A DNA stretch of 64,000 nucleotides. It comes from Heptranchias perlo. Lineage: Eukaryota. Position 1 is the first letter of the stretch, and each line of letters begins with the position of its first letter. The notes under the pieces were generated by a model. That model searched no databases, was not told the origin of the DNA, and saw only the letters and a program-made list of their open reading frames with translations. This document shows positions 13,901-25,955 of the stretch, in pieces. Location of the stretch: NCBI RefSeq assembly GCF_035084215.1, contig NC_090357.1, positions 9,610,001 to 9,674,000 of the forward strand. The letters run 5' to 3'. The position numbers and the translations under genes are program-made.

Positions 13901-15444
13901 AGGGGGGAGGGGGAAACGAGAGGGGGGAGGGGGGGAAACGAGAGGGGGGAGGGGGGAAACGAGAGGGGGGAGGGGGGAAACGAGAGGGGGGAGGGGGGAA
14001 ACGAGAGGGGGGAGGGGGGAAACGAGAGGGGGGAGGGGGGAAACGAGAGGGGGGAGGGGGGAAACGAGAGGGGGGAGGGGGGAAACGAGAGGGGGGAGGG
14101 GGGAAACGAGAGGGGGGAGGGGGGAAACGAGAGGGGGGAGGGGGGGAAACGAGAGGGGGGGAGGGGGGGGGAAACGAGAGGGGGGAGGGGGGAAACGAGA
14201 GGGGGGAGGGGGGAAACGAGAGGGGGGGAGGGGGGAAACGAGAGGGGGGAGGGGGGAAACGAGAGGGGGAGGGGGGAAACGAGAGGGGGGAGGGGGGAAA
14301 CGAGAGGGGGGAGGGGGGGAAACGAGAGGGGGGAGGGGGGAAACGAGAGGGGGGAGGGGGGAAACGAGAGGGGGGAGGGGGGAAACGAGAGGGGGGAGGG
14401 GGGGAAACGAGAGGGGGGAGGGGGGAAACGAGAGGGGGGAGGGGGGAAACGAGAGGGGGGAGGGGGGAAACGAGAGGGGGAGGGGGGAAACGAGAGGGGG
14501 GAGGGGGGAAACGAGAGGGGGGAGGGGGGAAACGAGAGGGGGGAGGGGGGAAACGAGAGGGGGGAGGGGGGAAACGAGAGGGGGGAGGGGGGAAACGAGA
14601 GGGGGGAGGGGGGAAACGAGAGGGGGGGAGGGGGGGGAAACGAGAGGGGGAGGGGGGAACGAGAGGGGGGAGGGGGGAAACGAGAGGGGGGAGGGGGGAA
14701 ACGAGAGGGGGGGAGGGGGGGAAACGAGAGGGGGGGAGGGGGGGGAAACGAGAGGGGGGAGGGGGGAAACGAGAGGGGGGAGGGGGGAAACGAGAGGGGG
14801 AGGGGGGGAAACGAGAGGGGGGAGGGGGGAAACGAGAGGAGGGAGGGGGGAAACGAGAGGAGGGAGGGGGGAAACGAGAGGGGGAGGGGGGAAACGAGAG
14901 GGAGGGAGGGGGGAAACGAGAGGGGGAGGGGGGGAACGAGAGGGGGGAGGGGGAAAGGGGGAGGGGGAAAGGGGGGAGGGGGGAAAGGGGGGAGGGGGGA
15001 AACGAGAGGGGGAGGGGGGAAAGGGGGAGGGGGGGAAAGGGGAGGGGGGGAGGGGGGAAAGGGGGAGGGGGGGAGGGGGGAAAGGGGGAGGGGGGGAGGG
15101 GGGAAAGGGGGAGGGGGGGAGGGGGGAAAGAGGGAGGGGGGAAAGAGGGAGGGGGGGAGGGGGGGAAAGGGGGAGGGGGGGAGGGGGGGAAAGGGGGAGG
15201 GGGGGAGGGGGGGGGAAAGGGGGAGGGGGGGAGGGGGGGAAAGGGGGAGGGGGGGAGGGGGGGGAAAGGGGGAGGGGGGGAAAGGGGGAGGGGGGAAGGG
15301 GGGAAAGGGGGAGGGGGGAAAGGGAAAGGGGGAGGGGGGGGAAAGGGGGAGGGGGGGAAAGGGGGAGGGGGGGAGGGGGGGAAAGGGGGAGGGGGGGAGG
15401 GGGGGAAAGGGGGAGGGGGGGAGGGGGGGAAAGGGGGGGAAAGA
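7978..15444. repeat. G-rich tandem array of about 7.5 kb (14-bp AGACGGGAGGGGGG, then 21-bp AGACGAGA-G6-A-G6, then AAACGAGA-G6-A-G6, then G/A only)
   Basis: Directly visible tandem periodicity. The plus strand has no T, and C occurs only in CpG. Confidence 0.97.
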
Positions 15445-15644
15445 NNNNNNNNNNNNNNNNNNNNNNNNNNNNNNNNNNNNNNNNNNNNNNNNNNNNNNNN
15501 NNNNNNNNNNNNNNNNNNNNNNNNNNNNNNNNNNNNNNNNNNNNNNNNNNNNNNNNNNNNNNNNNNNNNNNNNNNNNNNNNNNNNNNNNNNNNNNNNNNN
15601 NNNNNNNNNNNNNNNNNNNNNNNNNNNNNNNNNNNNNNNNNNNN
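15445..15644. other. Assembly gap (200 N)
   Basis: Run of exactly 200 N, probably a placeholder length. Confidence 1.
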
Positions 15645-16030
15645 TGAGGGGGGGGGGAGGGGAGGGGGAGCGGGAGCTGTGACGGCCGGGGGCCGGGGGG
15701 CCGGGGAGGAGGGTCCTGCCACTCACCCATTCCTGCTCTCCGTGCTCTTCTCCTCCGCTTTGCGCTCCTCTCTGGGGACCCGGCTGCTGTCTCCACTGGG
15801 GAGGAGGCCCCCGTCCAGGGACTGCCTGCTCCCGCCGCCGCTGCCGGCCGCTCCTCTGGCGCTCGCTCGCTGCCTCACCTTCAAGGCCATCGCCTGACAA
15901 CCGGGTTACGGTGACCGGCGAGGCTCAGCCCGCGCCCCCCTCGTCACCAACGGCAGGCGGAGAGGCTCAAAATTACACTTCGGTGAGACGAGCGGTCGCG
16001 TTAAAGGTGTATCACTGCCCCTCGGCTGAT
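15645..16030. promoter_or_regulatory. CpG island / ALG9 promoter
   Basis: Very GC- and CpG-rich segment spanning the putative first exon, in an AT-rich background. Confidence 0.7.
15727..15890 (-). CDS. ALG9: ALG9 alpha-1,2-mannosyltransferase, coding exon 1 (rest of the gene lies left of the window)
   Basis: GCGATGG Kozak start; MALKVRQRASARGAAGSGGGSRQSLDGG...EEKSTESRN(G) resembles the ALG9 N-terminus (MASRGARQRLKG...). GG|GTGAGT donor, CpG-rich context, and syntenic position next to FDXACB1. Confidence 0.75.
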
Positions 16031-16829
16031 GCCTCCTGTTGCTGAATGTCCTGTTCCTGTTTGTGCCTTTTGGTTACTTAAAACATTTCCAAAAATAAGT
16101 TATGCGCGTTTTTTTTCTCAATCTGATTAGTTCAACACTTTTCATTTCATTTTCATTAAAATATTCGGTGCAAATAATTGTTTTATTTTTGTAATTCGCT
16201 TTTTTGGGGGGGTTTCCCGTCCTCTGTGGCGACCATCTGCTTCAAGGCTCTTTGGCAAACTATGGAACCAGATACTGGGAGCAATTTCCCTGGTGTGTTT
16301 TTCTCTCTTATAGGTTGTGCTATACATTGTACTCCACCTTGGACCTTAAATAAGTTGTCACGTTTATAAACGTGTTTTCCTTTCAATTTAATTGTAGTTC
16401 TGTCCTGAACTCTTACTGTGTTGAAATCAAGACTTGTCCAATTGTCTCAAATTCTTTCCAGGGACCTCAAAACAATAGAATTCCTTACCTCCAAAATCTG
16501 AGGAACAAAGACATTTTGGGATCAGGGAAGATTATACAGTCCATCTGGTCAATCCCCCCCCCCCCAAAAAAAATACTCCTCAATCACCCTCTCCCTCATA
16601 TCCAATACTCCTCCAAATTTCTCCCCACCGTTTGCCTCCACTGATTCACTGGCCAGTCCATTCCGCAAGCTGTAGGTGGTTCTGGCAAAGCCACATTTAT
16701 TGCCCATCCCTAGTTGTCCCGAGAAGGTAGTGGTGGGCCTTCTCCCTGAACTGATGTAATCCTTGTGGTGATGGTGCTCCCATAGGGTGTTAGGTAGGGA
16801 ATTCCAGGATTTTTGATCTAGTGATCAAG

Positions 16830-18200
16830 TTCACACCCCTCTGCATAACGTAGATAAAAGCAGACTTCCCTCTTGTAAGTTTCAGCCCATTATCCCTGGT
16901 TCTAAAGTTTCTGGCAATCTCCAACATACCTGGTTTCAATTTATCTATTCCCTTAAAAATATTGAATGTTGAATAATATCTCCCCTGAGTCTTTTCTCCA
17001 AATTCTTCAATGTCTACTCCTAACTAAGATACATTGACTATCTTGGTTGACCTTTTCTGCACTGCTTCCAAAGCCTGAATGCTCTTGTAGTATAGCAATC
17101 AAAATTGTACACTGTTGTCCAAATGTAATTATACCAACGTCTGGCAGATTCATTATCACCTCCTGAGCTGAGAACTCTATCCCTCTGAGTGTACACTCCA
17201 AGATCCAATTAGCTTTTCTTTACTGCCACCACACACTACACATATTGAGCTTTGCACCAATATCTCAAATCCATTTCCTTGGTGTCATATGGCCTAGCAC
17301 CATTTTGTTTATATTTTCATTGTTTATTTCCCTTCTCTCATCTCATTATCTTCCATTTGTTTACATTAAATGCCATTTACCATTCATCAGCCTACTTTCC
17401 CAAAACTATCCAAATCCTTTTGTATTTGCTTTGCATGTTCCCTTGTTTGAAACCCTTCTACCTGCCCCCAGTTTAGTGTTGCCTGCAATCTTAAACAGCT
17501 TTGTTTCTGTGCCCATCTCCAAATCAAGTACACACATTGTAAACAGCGATAGCCCCCCGCACCGATCCCCATGGCACCCCATCATCGACCCCCTGCCATG
17601 TTATTGAAGATCTTTTTGCAACCACACTTTGCTTTCTCTGGTTTAACCAAATTTCTGTCCACTGCATAAGCTTGCTTTTTATTCCATAACTTCCTATCGT
17701 GTGCATTAATGGCTTATGTAGCATTCACTCAAATGGATTGCTGAAATCTGAATATATCACATCTACAGAATTTCTGTTGTCCACTAGCCCTGTAATTTCC
17801 TCAAAGAACTCCAGTAAATGTGTTAGGCAAGACCTCCCTCCCATAAATCCATAGTGATTCCTCCTTACCAAACTCATCGAAATGTTTCAGGGTGCTAATA
17901 CTTTACCTACAATAGAAGTTAAGACTCATTGGCTTGTAGTTTCTTGAGTTTCCTTCATACCTCTTTTCAAAGATTGGTTGGTATTATGTTAACTACTTTC
18001 CAATCCTCGGGCAATATTCAGGATTCCCTAAAAATAGTGGTAAGGTTGTGACCAATTTCACTCACCACTTCTTTAAGGACCCCTGTATGAGGTCCACCTG
18101 GGTCTATTGTCTTGTCTTCCTTTAGGTTTCTCAGCCAACCAGTGAGTTCATTATCTTAAATTTCTATTTCTTTTAGTACTTACTATGCCCTGCCTTTCCC
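16830..18200 (-). mobile_element. Old, degenerate CR1-class LINE fragment
   Basis: Minus-strand remnants such as GIKSKLMQWTEIWLNQRKQ..GVPWGS and HYGFMGGRSCLTHLLEFFEEIT. Confidence 0.8.
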
Positions 18201-18736
18201 CCAAAAATTCAGCTTCCGTCCTTGGGAGGCCGCTCATGGCCTCTTCCACGAGCACAACCCTTCACACTATGCCTGTGTACTCCTCCTGGATACTTTGCAG
18301 ATCCAAGATAATCTGCAACATGTATGCATTAATGCACACAGTAGAAACGTATGGAATAAAAAGCAAGCTTATGCAGTGGACAGAAACTTGGTTAAACCAG
18401 AGAAAGCAAAGGGTGGTTGCAAAAAGGTCTTCATTAACATGGCAGGGGGTCACTACTGAGGTGTCATGGGGATCGTTGCGGGGGCCATCGCTGTTTACAG
18501 TGTGTAAACTTGATTTGGAGATGGGCACGGAAACAAAGCTGTTTAAGATTAAACTGGGGGAAGGTAGAAGGGTTTCAAACAAGGGAACATGCAAAGCAAA
18601 TACAAAAGGATTTGGATAGTTTGGGAAAGTAGGCTGATGAATGGTAAATGGCATTTAATGTGAACAAATGGAAGGTAATGAGACGAGAGAAGGGAAATAA
18701 ACAATGAGAATATAAACAAAATGGTGCTAGGCCATA
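17288..18736. repeat. Inverted duplication, arms about 17288-17711 and 18326-18736
   Basis: The arms are reverse complements with few differences. Both encode NYPNPFVFALHVPLFETLLP, on opposite strands in the ORF track. Confidence 0.9.
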
Positions 18737-20019
18737 AGACCTAATTGATTAGAACTAATTTTCAATACCTGCCTGGTTTAGCAGACTCAAGCCCACTCTG
18801 TCTCATTCCTGAACATTGGTTCTGTCCAAACTTGTTTCCTTACCTTCCCTCATGAAAAGAAAATCGCCCTGTCAGCATCTCACTCAATTGGCCTCTTGCA
18901 CCTCAAGAAGTTTCTCATTTAACTCATTGAATTCAAACCATGGAACCATTTTTTACAAAATATTTACATCCAGTGTTAGGATTAAGCACTCTCAGATCAG
19001 TTATAACAGCATAGAAAGCTACTGTTCTGCCTCAGGAATGCTCTTATTCCAATATCAGACGAGTGTTACCCCATTGGGTACCAGTGTGACATCTCCACTT
19101 CCCACACCAGCCATCCTTGGATGATGCAGCTACCTGGGTACTGTAGGATCTTTTCTGGATTGATGAATTAAGATGGGCTGAATGGTCTTTCTCATTCATA
19201 ATTGTCTTGTGATTTGAGTGAAACCATTAATCTAGTATGAAACATAGGCAGTGTTGCGCTGTGAACTTATGTCCACTAGGAACTAGATTGAGATTATCCA
19301 AACTAACTTTAGTTAGGACCATGACATCCTTTAGAGGGAACAGACATTATTCTGGGCTGGATTTAAACCCAACAATTTGCATTTATATAGCGCTATTAAT
19401 GTAGACATGTCCAACAGAGCTTTACAGAGGGAAAAGAGCACTGGGTCCAGATTTGGTCATTGTGAAACCCCGAACATAAAGGGAGCAACAGGAATGGAAC
19501 TGTTTGACTGCTCCCTGACAGGTCAAGCAAGGAGCAGTATTGATATCATCTGCACAGGCCTCCTGACTGACGATCTTCCCAATCAGGGAGAATGACGTGG
19601 ATGTAGGGGGTAAAAATGGGTGGAAAAATTAGTTACAACCCCCCGAGATTTTCAAATGAAAGTAAATGGATGATGTGAAGACCAATCCAAAAAGTTGTCC
19701 TTGAATCACGAAGACAAACGTGCGTTTCTTGAAAGAAATGACAGGCCAGTCTGATCTTTAAATTGTTCTCCATGACAATATTGCCAACATCCCTTGGAAT
19801 TTAGAGTTTCCCTCCAAAAATATTTTTTGCCAAATTTGAAACCCTGCAACTGATCTCAAAAGAAAGACAACCTAAAAAAAAAATCTTGTTTACATTTATA
19901 AAGGAACGCTGGATGTCTGCCTGTTCAAATGGACATTAAAGCTGTTATGTGAAGACGGTAGGGTTGGAATGCTAGAGGAATGGGAGAAAATCAGCTAAAG
20001 GGCGTCCCTCGACCGATAC

Positions 20020-20480
20020 CGCAGTGCAACATTGTCAGAGTGCCATCTTTTGGTTGAGATGTTAAACCGAGGTCCCATTTATCTGACGAAGGGTCATCGA
20101 CCTGAAACGTTAACTCTGTTTCTTTCTCCACAGATGCTGCCTGACTTGCTGAGTATTTTCAGCATTTTCTGTTTTTATTTCCCATTTATCTGTTCCATTG
20201 ATACGGGTGGATTCTAACAATCCCATTGCATTATTCAAAGAGCAGGGCCTTCTCCTGCTGTGCTGACCAACAATCCTCTCTCACCCAACATCGCCATGAA
20301 CAGGTTATTTAGTTATTCATCTCACTGCTGTTTGTGCAATCACGCTGTGCATAAATCGGCTGCTGCATTTACCTACACATCAGCAGTCACTGTACTTGAA
20401 AGTAATTCATTGTACGTGAAGTGTTTTGATATGTTCTGAGAGACATGATGAGGTGCTCCATGGATGCAAGTCTTTCTTCC
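20020..20480 (+). mobile_element. DeuSINE copy interrupted by a Penelope-type terminal-repeat fragment (20073-20192)
   Basis: GAGATGTTAAACCGAGGTCCC and GGATGCAAGTCTTTC match the other SINE copies. The insert is flanked by a TCCCATTTATCTG direct repeat. Confidence 0.75.
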
Positions 20481-21355
20481 TTTCATCTGAACCTATCTTG
20501 TGATGTATGACACAGTAAACAGGAACAATCTATGGTAGCAATGCACAGAAGCTTACAGCACAGAAGGAGGCCATTATGTCAGTGCAGCTCTTCACTGGAG
20601 CAATCCAAAACTAATCCCACTGCTGTGTACCCTCCTTTGCTTCAAACGTTTATCTACATTTTCGTTAAAATATACAATGGCCTCTGCTTCAATTAGTCCC
20701 TAAGGCAAAGCTCGTACAATCTCTGCGTAAAGAAATCTCTACTAACCTCTCTCCTCACTATACCATCCATTATATGCATATACCGTGTTACTTTTATGCA
20801 TAAAATGCAATTGAAATCTTTAAATTCCCTTTACAAGAAACTATTCTTGTGCTATTTTATTTTGCAATAGATCCCCCTGCTCATTGGTCACAGCCCTAAA
20901 ACAGAAATCAAATTACAGTAGATAATTTGATTCAGTTAATAAGCGAGGCACTTGCAGTACAGGGGAGAATAATTCCCTACTTTGCAGTGTTGTCAGTAGG
21001 AATTGTGTGAAGTTTTTAATCTAATGTTCACTTGAACTGTGAAAAACATTCAGCAGTACAATTATAGGTTTGTTCTTCCAAATTTGAGTTGCATCAGGAC
21101 AGCATTATAAATTACTTAACACTAAGGTGAAATTTTGGTGGTTACAGGTCCATCACCAGTGATGGCAGCGGCGAGAGAAATCTGAGTTGATGAATTAAGA
21201 CTATGGAAGAAGAAGCATAATCGCAAACACTGACGTTTATTTGCTCAAGTGCAATTTTTCCTGAAGCATATAGGTATCAATAGCTAAATATGTGAGTGCC
21301 AATGCTGCACTGCATAAGATAAAAATAAATCTTTCAACCACTGGTCCATAGCTCC

Positions 21356-22586
21356 TTATCTAAGAGTTACTTGAAAGCTTTTCTGTAGTTCGTCTCTGAG
21401 ATGCAGTTGCATTTCCAATGCTTGTTGATAGGACAGTGCCTTGTCACATAACTGGTATGTTAGCCTGTAACAGTAGCTCATATGTTTGGTTTGAGCGTGC
21501 CAGAACCTGTCGATCAGCCTCATTTCTCTCACCGACTCCCTGCTTACTCTCCGTACAATCGTATGGAGCTCCAACTCATCCAGCTTCCTATTAGCATCAA
21601 CCCAGAAGCTGACATCATGTGTATAGCAGGGCGGGTAGAGTGAGAAACCACAAAAAGGTTTCAATTCTGAGGTACCACTGTGGTTTAGGAAGCGTTCATC
21701 GAATGTCCACAGCATCCTCCAATCATTTATGTGATAAAACACCATGGACAGCAGGTCAAGGTTTATTGAAGTAACACAGATATTTAGCTCACCATTGGTC
21801 TGTTTATGAGGAATGAGAACCAATTTTCCAACAGCTAGATTGGTACAGTCTGGGTGTTCCACATCTTTAAAACAAATATTCCAACTTTTTCCACTGGCCT
21901 CCTCTTTAAAGATGACCAATCTTAAGCCTGTGTCCATCTGGTGGATTTCAGAGGAGGTGGTACTTGACGCTGACTTTATGAGGAAAGAAATGGCACTCTC
22001 CACAGAGCTCATAAACAGACGGAAATAATCTGGCTGTCTTTTATCACTAAAAGCACTAACCAAAACCATCTCGTGGAATACTGGCATAGTTTGCGGTGTG
22101 ATCACGCACTTCTTGAAAACGGTGCCGCTGAGTACATAGATTATTTCAGCTCTAAAGTCTGGTCTTTGCAACATGTTGTACACGTATCCTGTCAGAGTAG
22201 GCCGGAGACAACACCTCCTGCAATCCTTGCTCGCATCAGGGATCCCAGCCTGTTTTAAAGGAAAGCAGTCCACATTCTGCCCTGTCTTGTTCCCTCGGCT
22301 CGGATCAGACATTGGCACAGAAACATCACAGCATCGAGGCTTGGTCACCTGTCCGCACTCTCTGCTTCTCCACTGGTCCTCTTGACAGTTGGAACAGCTA
22401 ACCCAATAAAGCTCGGCCTGACAAACCTCAGATCCTATGTAGGTGTCATCAGACTGAAGGCCAGTCTTTGACAGCAGAGGAAAGTTGTTCTCCAGTTCAT
22501 GTACAGTCGCTGCACCTGCAATCTGCTTTCTCAACAACTCTTTAATGACATTTACTGGGTGGTTTGAACCTTTCTGAAGAAAATTC
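21356..22586 (-). CDS. FDXACB1: FDXACB1 last coding exon (includes the C-terminal ferredoxin-fold anticodon-binding domain)
   Basis: ttgcag|G acceptor at 22586. NFLQKGSNHPV...DWRMLWTFDERF...SLYPPCYTHDVSFW...SYCYRLTYQLCDKALS...FQVTLR*. AATAAA on the minus strand at 21236-21241. Confidence 0.93.
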
Positions 22587-22729
22587 CTGCAAAGATTAAA
22601 ACAGATCTCCTTTAGAACAGTAGTAAAAGGCACATATTTCTCTAGTTTAGACAGTCCCAAAGAAGGGGGCATGCCAAGGTTATCAGGGGGTGCGAGGTGG
22701 TTGAGCTGGACAAGAACGAGAACTACCAA

Positions 22730-22921
22730 TGCAGCCTCGCAGAGCCAGAGGAGGTGCAATTTGGGGTGATCTCCACTGATTTCTAGAAGTGGACAATGGA
22801 CCCATCAGAGCTGCTTCTGGTGCATAGTAACGGGTTACTATGCACCAGAAGCAGCATAGTAACGGGTTACTATGCTGTGCTGAGCTCTCCTCTGCACCTC
22901 CTCTGGCTATCCGAGGCTGCA
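22730..22921. repeat. Foldback element with 29-bp imperfect outer inverted repeats and nested internal palindromes
   Basis: Outer arms 22730-22758 and 22893-22921; perfect 22-bp hairpin 22810-22855; 12-bp hairpin 22852-22877. Confidence 0.85.
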
Positions 22922-23890
22922 GCAATTAAAGTGATAGACATTTCTGTGGCATCTCCTCACTGCTGCATGAAAGTATAGACCCTTGAAGCAGTCAGCTGTT
23001 TAAGGCACACAATCCCTACCCGACTGAAGGCGGGTGAGCATGTTGTACTTCTCTCAATTTCCCCGCCAGATTATGAAACCAATAGGATTGAACTCTGCCA
23101 TCTTCTCAGGGACTACAAAATACTGTTTCTTGGAGAAAGGAGGGAGGCGTGAATGGGACAGGAAATACCAAAGGGAGGCAGAAAAAGTTTGAGCACCTCT
23201 GCTCTAGTTTATCAATATTTTCTGCAATTTAGTAAATCGTTCATTTTATGTACTGTTAGCCACAAGACACCCGAAGGGAAAAAAATTTATAGGGTTATGG
23301 GGAAATAGTTGGGAATGGGACTAATTGGAAAGCTCTTTCAAAGAGCCAGCACAGGCACAATGGGCCGAATGCCTGCCTCCTGTGCTGTACCTACAATGAT
23401 ACTGTATACAATAGGATCCCCCTTATCCAACTTTGGCATTAATTGGGTCACTCACAAAGGCCATTGGTTAGGTGAGAGTGCCCTCTTGGGGAATCAGGTG
23501 AAATGAATGAACTTAATGGAAGCTTTTGAACCCACCGAAAGTGCAACATCTCCCAGGTACCTATTCTATTTAGATCTAACGTGAATAATTAGTTGAACAT
23601 TTTAGAATAAGGGGGAATAAACAGATGGATACTTGGGGCAAAATTTTTCACCTCTGACTGCAAATGGGAGCAATTCCAACCTTACGGGTGAATTTGCTCT
23701 CTGTGCTATTTTAAAGTTAATCCGTTTATATTGTACACTAAAATTGCACAGCATGATTTCACACCACTGGTATTTTCCTTCTATCTTATTGTGTCACTGT
23801 CTCAGTAAATATTTTAGACAAACACAGACAATACAGTTAAACAGCTTCTCAAAATTTGTATTTTTCCAATGTGCAGTTCTGTGACTTGAC

Positions 23891-24049
23891 CTGTTTATCT
23901 TTTCACCGAGTTCCTCAGGAATCTGGAAGGAGCAGCGTTCACTCCCAATCGTTGTTTCCATAACAACTGGCTTTATCTGGCTGAAGGGCAAACTTCTAGT
24001 GAACACATGGGTTAGAGCTCCATCAACATGGAAGGGCTTATCTTGACTC
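23891..24049 (-). CDS. FDXACB1: FDXACB1 coding exon 4
   Basis: tttcag|G...AG|gtcaag, 159 nt, phase 2-2. SQDKPFHVDGALTHVFTRSLPF...FQIPEELGEKINR. Confidence 0.92.
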
Positions 24050-24224
24050 CTGAAAGTAAAATTCAATTTAACACATTTTACAAGAGAGGGAAAGTAACCA
24101 AAACTGTAAAAGCAATTTGAGAAATCTGCTTCTCTTGACTGTATGTGGATACATGAAACGGTAGCTTTAGCTTCAAAGTCAACATTATCAGGAAGATATG
24201 TGCATGAGGATTTGACTACATGAT

Positions 24225-25955
24225 CGAGGCTGATTTAGGGTATGGTTCTTAATGAATACTTTGCGACTGTCTTCACAAAACAGGGGGACAATGCAGAGAT
24301 TGTAGTTAAGGAGGAGTGTGAAATATTGGATGGGATAAACATAGTGAAAGAGGAAGTATTAAGGGGTTTAGCATCTTTGAAAGTAGATAAATCGCCAGGC
24401 CCAGATGAAATGTATCCCACGCTGTTAAAAGAAGCAAGGGAGGAAATAGCGGAGGCTTTGACCATCATTTTCCAATCCTCCCTGGCTACAGGCGTCGTGC
24501 CGGAGGATTGGAGGACTGCTAACATTGTACCGTTGTTTAAAAAGTGAGAAAGAGATAGATCGAGTGATTATAGGCCAGTCATTCTAATCTCGGAAGCGGG
24601 CAAATTATTGGAATTAGTTTTGAGGGACAGCATAAATCGTCATTTAGAAAGGCACGGGTTAATCAAGGACAGTCAGCATGGATTTGTTAAGGGAAGGTCA
24701 TGTCTGACTAACTTGATTGAATTTTTTGAGGAGGTAACAAGAAGGGTCGATGAGGGTAACGCGATTGGTGTAGTGTACATGGATTTTAGCAAGGCTCTTG
24801 ACAAGGTCCCATATGGCAGACTGGTCCAAAAAGTAAAAGCCCATGGGATCCAAGGGAAAGTGGCTAGTTGGATCCAAATTGGTTCAGTGGCAGGAAACAA
24901 AGGGTAATGGTTGATGGGTGTTTATGCATCTGGAAGGCTGTTTCTAGTGGGGTCCCGCAAGGCTCAGTACTAGGTCCCTTGCTTTTTCTGGTATAGATTA
25001 ATGATTTGGACTTAAATGTGGGGGGCTTGATCAAGAAGTTTGCTGATGATAAAAAAAATTGGCCACATGGTTGATAGTGAGGAGGAAAGCAGTACACTGC
25101 AGGAAGATATCAATGGACTGTCAGGTGGGCAAAAAAGTGGCAAATGGAATTCAATCCAGAGAAGTGTGAAGTAATGCATGGGGAGGGCAAAGAAGTTTAG
25201 GGAGTACACAATAAATGGGAGGATACTGAGAGGTGTAGAGGAACAAATTGATCTTGAAGTGCATGTCCACAGATCGCTGAAGGTAGCAGAATAGGTAGAT
25301 AAGGTGGTTAAAAAGGCATATGGGATACTTTCCTTTATTAGCCGAGGCATAGAATATAAGAACAGGGAGGTTATACTAGAACTGTATTAAACATTGGTTA
25401 GGCCACAGTTTGAGTACTGCATACAGTTCTGGTCAGCACATTACAGGAAGAATGTGATTGCACTAGAGAGGGTACAGAGGAGATTTACAAAGATGTTGCC
25501 AGGACTGGAGAATTTTAGCTATGAGGAAAGATTGGATAGGCTGGGGTTATTTTCTTTGGAACAAAGGAGGCTGAGGGGAGATTTAATTGAGGTGTATAAA
25601 ATTATGATGGGACTAGATGGAGTGGATAGGGAGGACCTATTCCCCTTCGCAAAGGGGTAAGGGACCAGCGGGCATAGATTTAAAGTAATTGGTAGAAGGA
25701 TTAAAAGGGAACTGAGGAGAAATTTTTTCACTCAGAAGGTGGTGGGGGTCTGGAACTCACTGCCTGAAAGGGTGGTAGAGGCAGAAACCGTCAACTCATT
25801 TAAAAAGTACCGGGATGTGCACTTGAAGTGCCGTAACCTACAGGGCTACGGACCAAGTGCTGGAAAGTGGGATTAAGCTAGATAGCTCTTTCTCGTCCAG
25901 TACGGACACGGTGGGCCGAATGGCCTCCTTCTGTGTAGTAACTTTCTATGATTCA
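24225..25955 (+). mobile_element. Degenerate CR1-class LINE fragment in FDXACB1 intron
   Basis: KSPGPDEMYP, VPEDWRTANIVPLFKK, QHGFVKGRSCLTNL and RPQFEYCIQFWS, with stops and frameshifts. 3' end resembles that of 897-2206. Confidence 0.95.

Noticed and set aside
7547-15900. Five giant ORFs of 2579-2749 aa (Pro-rich or Gly/Arg/Glu-rich)
   Set aside because: Artefacts of a repeat that cannot contain stop codons on either strand. They are open in nearly all frames and run through an N gap.
22587-22759. N-terminal part of the 467-aa ORF 21356-22759
   Set aside because: Intronic read-through upstream of the acceptor at 22586. The real frame comes from spliced exon 4.
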